DNA of 64,000 nt from Bacilli bacterium (GTDB lineage: Bacteria; Bacillota_I; Bacilli_A; RFN20; CAG-826), in contig JAGBLL010000041.1 of assembly GCA_017635465.1 (NCBI GenBank), forward strand, positions 17,685 through 81,684, read 5' to 3'. The notes beneath the pieces are model-generated. The model was not told where the DNA came from. It worked only from the letters and a program-made list of their open reading frames with translations, and did not search any database. Shown here in pieces: positions 1-7,997 of this stretch. Both the position numbers and the translations under genes were made by a program. Position 1 is the stretch's first letter; each line of letters begins with the position of its first letter.

Positions 1-108
1 CCGTGAATAAAATTGGTGAAAGTTTTACTGGAGATCATTTCCGTCCCTCTTATTAGACAATTAAACTATTACAAAAGTGCTAAAGTTTTTATAAAAATAT
101 TTTTACAC

Positions 109-142
109 AAAAAAACCATCTATTAAAGATGGTTAATTTTTT
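109..142 (-). terminator. Bidirectional rho-independent terminator just downstream of tRNA-Lys
   Basis: 8-bp stem AACCATCT/AGATGGTT (114-121 / 127-134) with a 5-nt loop. It is flanked by A7 (109-115) and T6 (137-142), so it reads as stem plus U-run on either strand. Confidence 0.6.
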
Positions 143-146
143 AATT

Positions 147-222
147 TGGTACACTCTCAGGGATTCGAACCCTGGACCCCGAGATTAAGAGTCACGTGCT
201 CTGCCAGCTGAGCTAAGAGTGC
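147..222 (-). tRNA. tRNA-Lys, anticodon CUU
   Basis: The minus strand reads GCACTCTTAGCTCAGCTGGCAGAGCACGTGACTCTTAATCTCGGGGTCCAGGGTTCGAATCCCTGAGAGTGTACCA (76 nt). It folds by hand into a cloverleaf: D stem GCTC/GAGC, T stem CAGGG/CCCTG, GTTCGAATC T-loop, anticodon loop CTCTTAA and encoded CCA. There is a G1-U72 pair and a U29-U41 mismatch. Confidence 0.9.
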
Positions 223-235
223 ATCGCTAGATAAT

Positions 236-263
236 CATATAACAAAGTGACAAATTTACGCAA
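236..263 (-). promoter_or_regulatory. Candidate sigma-A promoter for tRNA-Lys
   Basis: Minus strand TTGCGT-16 nt-TATATG, with TGT immediately upstream of the -10 (extended -10 like). The -10 ends 13 nt before the tRNA 5' end. Confidence 0.4.
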
Positions 264-295
264 GTAAATATTCTTTATATTTAATATAAGGATAT

Positions 296-329
296 AGAAA
301 AAGCCCCTCATATGAGGTATGAGAGGCTT
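296..329 (-). terminator. Rho-independent terminator of the 828-aa lipoprotein gene
   Basis: On the minus strand, AAGCCTCTCATA/TATGAGGGGCTT forms a hairpin with one mismatch, followed by TTTTTCT. It begins about 27 nt after the TAG stop at 356-358. Confidence 0.65.
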
Positions 330-355
330 GGTTTTAGTATTTTAAAGCTTTAAAA

Positions 356-2842
356 CTATTTAGCGATAAGGCTAGCACCAGCGACATAGGTTGAATAACC
401 AGAACCAACGTATTCAATTTTGATGACGTTTTCTTGGTTAGCAACTAAATCAAATTCGAATAATGCGACTGTGATTGGGTTAGCTAATTTGCCACCATCA
501 TCAGCTTCTGATTCGATAACTTTATCAGCACCACCAGCAAAGTCTTGGAAGCTTGGATTGCTTTCTGCTGGAGCATCAATCTTTGTACCATTGACGTAAA
601 CGTTGTGTTTAACGCTGCTTGTCACAGCGGCATCTTGATGCCAGAAGAATGTTTTTGTAGCATTACCGGCTTTGGTTGTGAATGTGTAGTTGAAGACGAC
701 TTTCTTAGCTTCAGTTGGTGTGAATTTGAATTCAACATAATCATTCTTTGTACCAAGTTTATAAACTGTAAATTGAACATCACCAGTTTCATCTTTAACT
801 TCTTTAGCAGAAGCATTGCTTAAGCCTGCTTTTGTAGCAGCAGCATCCCAAACTTTTAATGGGGCGACTGGAGTTGCACCACCATCAGCATAAGTAATCT
901 TAATCTCTTTAATGAAGATTCTGTTTTTGGCATCAATTGTGACTGTCTTGCTAGCGGAAGCTAATTCGAATGTTAATGCTCCGAATGTGCCTTCTTCATT
1001 GTATGGCGCTAATTGATCAGCGGAACCATTAACTGCAACATTGTTGGAGTTTGTTGGGTGATCAGTGGTTTTCTTGTACCAGTCGTGGCATGAGATTTCA
1101 ACTTTACTAGCATCAACGTCTAAGGTGAAGACGATTTGACCAGCAGCGCTACCTGTACCTGTCTTTAATAAACCGGCTGTATTGGCATAAGCACCACCTG
1201 TACCATTGCCATCATAAATCTTGGTAGCTGTAACAGCTTTAACGTGAGCGTCACCTTGACCAATTTTTGCTAAGGCTTCTTCGGCTTTGATTTCAGAACC
1301 TGTGGCTGTTAAAGCAGAATAATTGAGAGTAATAACTTTGTCTTCGACTGGTTTAGCAATTTCAGTAGCAGCGATTGTGATTGTTAAATCAGAATCGATC
1401 TTTGTCATGTTGTATGTGCCATCTTCATTAGCTTTGAATTTGTTATAACCAATTTTGCCTTCAGCTGCAGCGAAAGTGATGAAGTTAACTTTGCCTTCTG
1501 CATCGATTTCTGGCTTGAATTCATAACCATCATTACAAACGACTTCGAAGTTTAATTGTGGTGAAGAGAATGTGAAATCGTATGGTGAATCTTTAGAACG
1601 AGCATAATAGACACCTTCCTCAGCGGTATCAAGGTTAGTACCTTCAGCGTTCTTTGGACCAATGTAGACTTTAACTGAGCAGTTTGTGGCGGCAAAGGTC
1701 ATTTTGTAACCTTTAGCTTGTTCGCCTTGAACTGGGGTAATAACGACTGCTAAATCTTCTTGAACCTTTGTGATTCTGAAATGTTCAGCATCTGGAAGAC
1801 CATCAGCTTCGGCTGGTCCTTGTTTTAACTTATTGCATTTACCTGTGATTTTGAAGTTAGAAGCATTGAGAGAATAGCCTTCATCACAGACGACTTTGAA
1901 GTTGACTTGTGGTTGAAGTTGTTCATCTTCTGGATCGTAAGCAACGATGTTACCTTCTTCGTCTTTAGCGACGCATGTATTTGTTTCTTTTGGTGTCTTT
2001 GTGTAGTCTTTTGTGTCATAGACATAGACTTTGCAGTGTTCACCAGAGAATGTGACTTTATAGCCTTCAAAAGCTGGAGTGCCAGCGACTGGGACTGCAT
2101 CACCTGTGTACATAATTCTGACTTCACCACCGTATAATAAACGGTAGCCAGCGTTGTTTTGTCTTAAGGTGATTTTGTTTTCACCAGCGACTAAGTTAGC
2201 GGTAACGTATTCAACATATCCACGAGCGGTTTGAGATAAACCTAAATCATCATATGTTTTTTCACCAATATCCCAATCAACGAAATCGTTTGCGTTAATT
2301 TGAACGGAATATTTAACTGTGCCACCATCAGCGGCGCCTTGTGTACCATGGTCACTACCGGTATAGACAACACCAAATGCGATTTTAGCATTGGAGATAG
2401 CTTTATCAATGTTGATCTTCCATGTCACTGTGCTATTTTTAGCAAGTAAACGAGATTCGTTTCTGAGTTCTTCTGGAACATTGTTGTAACCAGATGTACT
2501 ACCGAAATCAGCACTCTTTTCAGAATAATCATCGAATGCGATACCGATGTATTTGCTGTCTTTAGCAGTGCATTCTTTTAAGAAAACGTCTTTACCATCT
2601 GCGTTCTTAACAGCGGAACCAACTGCTTGATAGCTGTGTTCGTGCGCTGGCGCTTGACTACTTGAAGTTGGCGCACTACTTTGTGGATTGCTCGCTGGTG
2701 TTGAGGCTGGTGTGCTTGCAGGTTGTGAAGCAGCACCACTAGTACTAGTTGGTTTAGCTTCTGAAGAAGCGGCTGGTTTATTACAACCAGTAACCAAAAG
2801 GCCAAAACAAGCAAGAGCAACTAAAAACTTACTTTTTTTCAT
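356..2842 (-). CDS. Large surface lipoprotein (828 aa) with a low-complexity stalk, beta-rich carbohydrate-binding-like end modules and two internal ~115-aa tandem repeats
   Basis: AGGAG Shine-Dalgarno (SD) before the ATG. Signal peptide plus lipobox LLVTG-C, followed by NKPA and an S/T/P/A/Q stalk. Internal repeats of the form GYK(V/M)TF...NF(K/E)VVC(D/N)(E/D)GY. The N-terminal module ends GYRLLYGG, as in paralogs in this window. Confidence 0.85.
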   Translation of the reverse strand: MKKSKFLVALACFGLLVTGCNKPAASSEAKPTSTSGAASQPASTPASTPASNPQSSAPTSSSQAPAHEHSYQAVGSAVKNADGKDVFLKECTAKDSKYIGIAFDDYSEKSADFGSTSGYNNVPEELRNESRLLAKNSTVTWKINIDKAISNAKIAFGVVYTGSDHGTQGAADGGTVKYSVQINANDFVDWDIGEKTYDDLGLSQTARGYVEYVTANLVAGENKITLRQNNAGYRLLYGGEVRIMYTGDAVPVAGTPAFEGYKVTFSGEHCKVYVYDTKDYTKTPKETNTCVAKDEEGNIVAYDPEDEQLQPQVNFKVVCDEGYSLNASNFKITGKCNKLKQGPAEADGLPDAEHFRITKVQEDLAVVITPVQGEQAKGYKMTFAATNCSVKVYIGPKNAEGTNLDTAEEGVYYARSKDSPYDFTFSSPQLNFEVVCNDGYEFKPEIDAEGKVNFITFAAAEGKIGYNKFKANEDGTYNMTKIDSDLTITIAATEIAKPVEDKVITLNYSALTATGSEIKAEEALAKIGQGDAHVKAVTATKIYDGNGTGGAYANTAGLLKTGTGSAAGQIVFTLDVDASKVEISCHDWYKKTTDHPTNSNNVAVNGSADQLAPYNEEGTFGALTFELASASKTVTIDAKNRIFIKEIKITYADGGATPVAPLKVWDAAATKAGLSNASAKEVKDETGDVQFTVYKLGTKNDYVEFKFTPTEAKKVVFNYTFTTKAGNATKTFFWHQDAAVTSSVKHNVYVNGTKIDAPAESNPSFQDFAGGADKVIESEADDGGKLANPITVALFEFDLVANQENVIKIEYVGSGYSTYVAGASLIAK

Positions 2843-2873
2843 TGTAAAAAACTCCTTTTGTTTTATTGATTCT

Positions 2874-2902
2874 ATTGTAAACTAATATTTTTGCTAACGC
2901 AA
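2874..2902 (-). promoter_or_regulatory. Candidate sigma-A promoter of the 828-aa lipoprotein gene
   Basis: Minus strand TTGCGT-17 nt-TACAAT, about 30 nt upstream of the ATG and downstream of the preceding terminator. Confidence 0.5.
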
Positions 2903-2940
2903 TGCATAGTAAAATATTTAATTTTCGTTTAAGTTTTCAA

Positions 2941-2968
2941 CAAAAAGGAGCGTGATTAACACGCCCCT
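2941..2968 (-). terminator. Rho-independent terminator ending the long surface/transport gene array
   Basis: Minus strand GGGGCGTG-TTAA-TCACGCTCC hairpin (one G-U pair) followed by TTTTTG. It lies 22 nt after the TAA at 2990-2992. Confidence 0.65.
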
Positions 2969-2989
2969 AATTGAGTATTTCGTTAGAAA

Positions 2990-5968
2990 TTATAATTCAA
3001 CGATGACAAGGTTGCCACCATATGTTAAACGGTAACCGCCACCACCTTGACTGAGTGTGAAGACGTTTTCGCCTTCAGCAAATGTTGCTTCAGGAACGAG
3101 AACGAATTCTGCGACAGCGGATGTACCAACGCCTAATTGAGAGAATGTGCCTGTTGAAACGGCGACATTTGTTTCGCCTACTTTACAAGTAACTGGGGAT
3201 TCGCTTAAATTATGGCCCACGTTGACAGCATCAATCTTAGCAGAAACACGGATTTCGTATTTGCCAGCCTTTGGAGCAATGATTTTCCAAGTGTTGTTGC
3301 TATTCTTTTTGAATTTTAAGCCAGTATCGATATCAGCGGATGAATAGTCGGCCATTGCCATTTTGGCGCCAACTTTACCGCAAGAGCATGATAATGGAGT
3401 AACGTTCTTGCCATCAGTGTTTTGAGCAACTGTACCTTCAACCCAAGCGTGAGCGTGTGGAAGTTCTTGACCATTGATTTTGCTTAATTTACCAGCGGCG
3501 AATTCTAATGTACCTTCGTATGTTTTGCCATCAGCACCAGGAATTTTGAGAGTTAAGACGCCAGTGTTATAAGCGGCATTAAGGACAATATAAACTCTAC
3601 AAACTTTGCTAGCAGCGATGTCATCAGAAACGATTACTTCGTTGATAGTTGCGGCTGGTTCAGAAACGTAAGTAGCAACGATGTTGGCTTTTGCAGCGTT
3701 GAAAGCGGCAAAATCAGCATATCCCATTGCACCATAGTTAACCCATGTCCAAATACCAGCACCTTCGAAGTGAATAGCTTGATTATCTGCACCTTCTGTG
3801 TACCAAGGTAAAACTTCGTTTGCTACTGCAGGAGTTCCACTTTCAGCAAAGAATTCCATATCTTGGAGGACGATACCAAAGTTAGCGTTAGAATTGGTAT
3901 TGCCACATTCGATGGTAATTTCTTTTGTGGCATCGAATTCGAATTCCAATTTACCAGCATTTGTTAATTTGCCATCAGCGATAACATCTTTGGAAATAAC
4001 ATTGTCTTTGAAAGCTTCGCTAATTGTTACACCATTGATGGTTAAGGTTGATGTCTTTGTCCAAGAATCACCAGAGATAGCGATTTTGCTAACGTCTTTT
4101 GTAACTTTGAAGACTAATTTACCAGCGGTTTTGGATTTACCAATCTTTAAAATGTTGAAGAGTGTCCAAGCTGTTTCACCACTACCACCGTTAGCACCTT
4201 CATAAATGCTTGTAGCTTCACTGACTGTGTCAAGAATTTCTTCGCCTGTTGCTTTTGTGAAGACGTTTTTAACGACATCGGTACCGATAGAACGTGTATT
4301 GCCTTCTGTTTGTGTTGTGAATGTATATTTAGCAACGGAAGCGTATTCTTTTTGTGTTTCGCCACCTTCGCCGCCTTCACCACCTTCGCCGCCACCGACT
4401 TTGGTAATGATACCAGAGCCTTGGACTGTACCGTTATAGTCAGCACGAATCATCTTTAATGTGATTTTATCACCGACTTTGAGGTCTTTTGTGGTTTCGT
4501 TTGTTAAGAAGTCTCGTGGGTTTGAGAAGGAATAAGCACCTGCTCCATCCCAAGCAAGAGCTGTAGCTGTAGCGGAAACGCCATACATCACTAAGTCAGT
4601 TGTGCCATCAGTGACTGTCATATTACCGAATTGATCAGCAGCTTCGCCTTTCCAAGCTTTTATTGTAGCTTCGACTTCATAGGCTTTAGTCTTTGTGTTT
4701 TCTAAAGCAACGAATTCTGTAACTGTCTTTTTAGCAACTGCTGGTTCTGGAACTGACCATTTTGTACCAGCTTCAATAACTGTGACATCAGCGTCTTTTA
4801 AGTCAAAGCCGTTTTCAACTGTACCATGATAGTTCTTAACAACCATTGTAACTTCGACTTTAGCGTTTTCTAATAATTTAGCGGCAAGAGCTTCAACTTT
4901 ACCAGCACCATATAATTCAATAGCGTTAGTACCTTTAATATCTCTTTCGCCGTGGTCTTTATCAGATTTACCAGCGACTAATGCTTCACCCTTTGCAGCG
5001 GTTAAGAAATAATCGTTACCGGATTTAGCAGAAACATAGCCTTGGAATTTGTAATAGTCATAGGAATCAGCGCCATCAGCAAGGGCATTACCAATTGCTA
5101 AGACTTCAGCAAATGTCTTGCCTTCAATTGTCTTTCTTGGTTGTGGTTTGTTGCCTTCACATTTAACGAAAATCGCAGATGTGGTTTCGGCTTGGGTATT
5201 ATTGTAAACGGTGAATTGACCGTGTGCAGTAACAGTACCACCAACCCAAATGTCATCGTCGGTTAAAGGTTGTTTTTGTTCTTTATCTTTATAACATTTG
5301 AATACTTCGAATTTTTCTGTTTTGCCTTCAGCAGGTGTTAAATAGAATGCGACACTACCGTCGGTTCTGCTGCCTGGAGCGTAATAGAATGAGGAAACAA
5401 CGCCTTTGACATAGAAGTCTTCGTTGTTGTATTTTTCACTCTTTGCGACTTTACAAGCATCTTCGTTATCGAATGGATCTTCTGCGGTACCTTCGTGAGC
5501 GACACCGTATTTTTCTTTGACTGTTTGTTTAGCTTGTAAAGTAACTTTGACTGAGTCAGTTGAATTACCACATTTAATGGTAACTGTCACTTCACCAGCA
5601 GCAACTGGGGAAGCCATTTGACCAGTAATGGTTAACTTTGTTGTGTCACTTGATGTAATTGTAATTTTGCCTTCATTAACTAATTGGGTGACGTTGGCTT
5701 TTGGATCAACTTCGATGTTGACCTTTCTTGATGCATCACCAACAAACCATTCAGCTTGAAGATCTGTTTTGTTGCTAATTGTTACTTTGTAATTGACTGG
5801 TGCTTCTGAAGATGTGCCTGGAACAGCTGAAGATTCGCCTGGTTGAGCGGATTGTTCAGATGTGCCTGGTTGAGATTGTGGCTGACTTGTAGTAGCTGGT
5901 TTATTACAAGCAGGAGCAACCAATGCAAGGCCTAACAATAAGGCAACGAGTTTTGTTCCTTTTTTCAT
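2990..5968 (-). CDS. Giant surface lipoprotein (~992 aa) with an Ig-like (Big_2-like) domain, three OB-fold-like modules, a (GGE)4 linker and a C-terminal beta-rich module
   Basis: I place the start at the ATG at 5966-5968 (AGGAG 8 nt upstream) rather than the GTG at 5986. Lipobox LVAPA-C, followed by NKPA and a Q/S/P stalk. Three segments fit the OB pattern, e.g. DFYVKGVVSS...IWVGGTVTAHGQFTVYNNTQAE. The C-terminal module ends GYRLTYGG. Confidence 0.85.
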   Translation of the reverse strand: MKKGTKLVALLLGLALVAPACNKPATTSQPQSQPGTSEQSAQPGESSAVPGTSSEAPVNYKVTISNKTDLQAEWFVGDASRKVNIEVDPKANVTQLVNEGKITITSSDTTKLTITGQMASPVAAGEVTVTIKCGNSTDSVKVTLQAKQTVKEKYGVAHEGTAEDPFDNEDACKVAKSEKYNNEDFYVKGVVSSFYYAPGSRTDGSVAFYLTPAEGKTEKFEVFKCYKDKEQKQPLTDDDIWVGGTVTAHGQFTVYNNTQAETTSAIFVKCEGNKPQPRKTIEGKTFAEVLAIGNALADGADSYDYYKFQGYVSAKSGNDYFLTAAKGEALVAGKSDKDHGERDIKGTNAIELYGAGKVEALAAKLLENAKVEVTMVVKNYHGTVENGFDLKDADVTVIEAGTKWSVPEPAVAKKTVTEFVALENTKTKAYEVEATIKAWKGEAADQFGNMTVTDGTTDLVMYGVSATATALAWDGAGAYSFSNPRDFLTNETTKDLKVGDKITLKMIRADYNGTVQGSGIITKVGGGEGGEGGEGGETQKEYASVAKYTFTTQTEGNTRSIGTDVVKNVFTKATGEEILDTVSEATSIYEGANGGSGETAWTLFNILKIGKSKTAGKLVFKVTKDVSKIAISGDSWTKTSTLTINGVTISEAFKDNVISKDVIADGKLTNAGKLEFEFDATKEITIECGNTNSNANFGIVLQDMEFFAESGTPAVANEVLPWYTEGADNQAIHFEGAGIWTWVNYGAMGYADFAAFNAAKANIVATYVSEPAATINEVIVSDDIAASKVCRVYIVLNAAYNTGVLTLKIPGADGKTYEGTLEFAAGKLSKINGQELPHAHAWVEGTVAQNTDGKNVTPLSCSCGKVGAKMAMADYSSADIDTGLKFKKNSNNTWKIIAPKAGKYEIRVSAKIDAVNVGHNLSESPVTCKVGETNVAVSTGTFSQLGVGTSAVAEFVLVPEATFAEGENVFTLSQGGGGYRLTYGGNLVIVEL

Positions 5969-6003
5969 GTTAATTTCTCCTTTCACAAAAAATGGAAACT
6001 GTG

Positions 6004-6477
6004 CTACTGCACAAAAGTTTTATTATTTATATCCTTTAAGAGGCTTGTGTAGGTGGTTTTGCGTTTTAATCCGAAGATTGTGAAAACCACTCCAAGTGTT
6101 AAAAGTATAACCGAGATAATAGCGAGCACTAGGAAAACCCAGAACTCAGGAGAAGAGACGGTAATCTTAAATTGATTATCGGCTTTTCTAGATAAAAGTA
6201 AGAAAACGATAGAAGCCACTAAAAGGATGACACCGATGGAGATATTACTCATACCTTTAGCGAAATCATTTCTTCCACGTTGAAGTTCAGCGTGGCAAGC
6301 TCTAGCTAATGATTTAACATCTTCTTCTGAGGCGTTACCATGAACTAAATGACCACATCTTGGACAGACATAGTTAATTTGTGTATCAGCATCTAAGCCT
6401 TCAATTTTTTGATATGTCGATTGTTTGCTTTCGATTTTATCTTCATCGAGCTTATAACCACAGTGATAACAATACAT
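6004..6477 (-). CDS. Zinc-ribbon membrane protein (157 aa)
   Basis: N-terminal CxxC (YHCGY) and CPRCG pair, then two hydrophobic helices. GGAGG SD. Function unknown. Confidence 0.75.
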   Translation of the reverse strand: MYCYHCGYKLDEDKIESKQSTYQKIEGLDADTQINYVCPRCGHLVHGNASEEDVKSLARACHAELQRGRNDFAKGMSNISIGVILLVASIVFLLLSRKADNQFKITVSSPEFWVFLVLAIISVILLTLGVVFTIFGLKRKTTYTSLLKDINNKTFVQ

Positions 6478-6499
6478 GATTAATGCCTCCTAAAATACA

Positions 6500-7984
6500 C
6501 TATTCTTTGACCCATTCTAAACCAGTAGCATCGTTAAAGATGATTTGGTAACTGGTTCTGTCATTATAAGTGTGATAAGTGTAAATACCACTTAATAAGA
6601 ATTTCTTACCGACGAATTGTTGTTCGGTATTCCAATATTCAAATTTCTTTTCTGGATCACCAGCATAAGAGAAGGTGAGGAAAGCTTCGAAATCGCAATC
6701 TTTGAAACCTAAAGTAATTTCATCACCTTTTGTGTTGATACGGAACTTATTGCATTCAACAGCTTCAGTAACTTTAACAGCGCAGTTTAAGCATTCAAAA
6801 CTACCATCTTTAGCAATTTTGCTTAATTCAGCGGCTTTATATTCAATCATATGTAAGCTTTGTTCGCCAACGTTTTCTTCGGCTTTGATGAGAATCTTGC
6901 AGTCTTCATCAGTCGCTTCGCTTTCGACGATTGGGAAGTGGCCTTCAGCACCTGTTAATTGGAAACCAAAGTTTTCACTATATTTAGCAAAGACACATAA
7001 TTGGATGAATGTGTTAATCTTACGATATTTGCTTGGGACAGAAGACATACCACAGAAGACGTTAATAGCAGCGTATTCCCCACCTTTAACGCCTTTACCT
7101 TCACCACGGATATCTTCACTATCGCTTTCTTCAAAATAGCTTTGTAAGTACATTGTGCCATTTGAATAACCCGCGACTGTACCACGGATTCTGACTTTAG
7201 TGCCATCTAATGGTGATTGGTAAGTCTTATCCTTAATATAATTCTCAGTAGCGACTTTTAAGTCTAATAAGCTTGTATTGACATAGTCACCAGTTGGGAA
7301 TGTATCTTCTGGGACACCAGAGAATAAATTGAGTTTATAATTCTTAGCTTGTGTTTCAGCAGCATAGAATGTATCAGCGTAATTAGGCATATCTTGAACG
7401 TTTTTAACCCAAGAATAGCCTTCTTGAACAATGGCGAGATTTAATAAATACAATTCGTTAAATGGCGCATCTTTCTTTGTTTCATTAATCCAAATTAAAG
7501 AGACAAATCTTTCACCGGTGGAGTCATATTGTGGACTACCATAGTCTTCTTGCGCTGTTGAAACAACGATTGTACCGTTTTCATTAGCGAGTTTTAATTT
7601 GCTCTTATTGAAATCACTAGCAGGTTGGCCCCATGGTTGAATACGTCCAGTTGATTCTGGAGTATCGATACCATAATAACGTGATTTGATGTTTAAACGG
7701 CTGGTAGTTGTTACTAGCGGAGTAAAGTGAGCGGTATCACCATCGATTGATTGATAAAGTTTGACTTGGCCAATGCCGTCTTTATAGAAGTCTCTACCTT
7801 TATAATCTAAAGATAATCTGACTGCCGAAGAAGCAGTATAGTCAACCCAGTTTTTATCACCACGTGATGGAGTGTTATCACCACTTGCACCACCAGAAGG
7901 ATTGCTTGTATTATTACAACCCGCTAATAAAGCAACAGTTAAGAAGGTGGCAACAGTTAATGTAATCTTTTTAAGTTTATTCAT
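6500..7984 (-). CDS. Surface lipoprotein nuclease, staphylococcal (thermo)nuclease-like, with a C-terminal OB-like extension
   Basis: Lipobox LLAG-C. The motif YYGIDTPES...PWG resembles the SNase catalytic core (DTPE). AGGAGG SD. Sits directly after the ABC importer genes, as in the mycoplasma SNase-lipoprotein/ABC loci I recall. Confidence 0.75.
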   Translation of the reverse strand: MNKLKKITLTVATFLTVALLAGCNNTSNPSGGASGDNTPSRGDKNWVDYTASSAVRLSLDYKGRDFYKDGIGQVKLYQSIDGDTAHFTPLVTTTSRLNIKSRYYGIDTPESTGRIQPWGQPASDFNKSKLKLANENGTIVVSTAQEDYGSPQYDSTGERFVSLIWINETKKDAPFNELYLLNLAIVQEGYSWVKNVQDMPNYADTFYAAETQAKNYKLNLFSGVPEDTFPTGDYVNTSLLDLKVATENYIKDKTYQSPLDGTKVRIRGTVAGYSNGTMYLQSYFEESDSEDIRGEGKGVKGGEYAAINVFCGMSSVPSKYRKINTFIQLCVFAKYSENFGFQLTGAEGHFPIVESEATDEDCKILIKAEENVGEQSLHMIEYKAAELSKIAKDGSFECLNCAVKVTEAVECNKFRINTKGDEITLGFKDCDFEAFLTFSYAGDPEKKFEYWNTEQQFVGKKFLLSGIYTYHTYNDRTSYQIIFNDATGLEWVKE

Positions 7985-7997
7985 ATTGCCTCCTTAA

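Noticed and set aside
1-56. Partial gene at the left edge. It is either the last 17 codons of a plus-strand CDS (...VNKIGESFTGDHFRPSY, TAG at 54-56) or the first 13 codons of a minus-strand CDS (ATG at 36-38 with a GAGGGA SD, MISSKTFTNFIH...).
   Set aside because: Both readings are open and each has some support: the bidirectional terminator downstream for the first, a good SD for the second. The fragment is too short to decide or to name a product.
4360-4400. The (GGE)4 coding repeat (GGTGGCGGCGAAGGTGGTGAAGGCGGCGAAGGTGGCGAA on the minus strand) as a phase-variation or slippage tract.
   Set aside because: The 9-nt units are imperfect at the nucleotide level and in frame. This looks like a flexible linker, not a contingency repeat.
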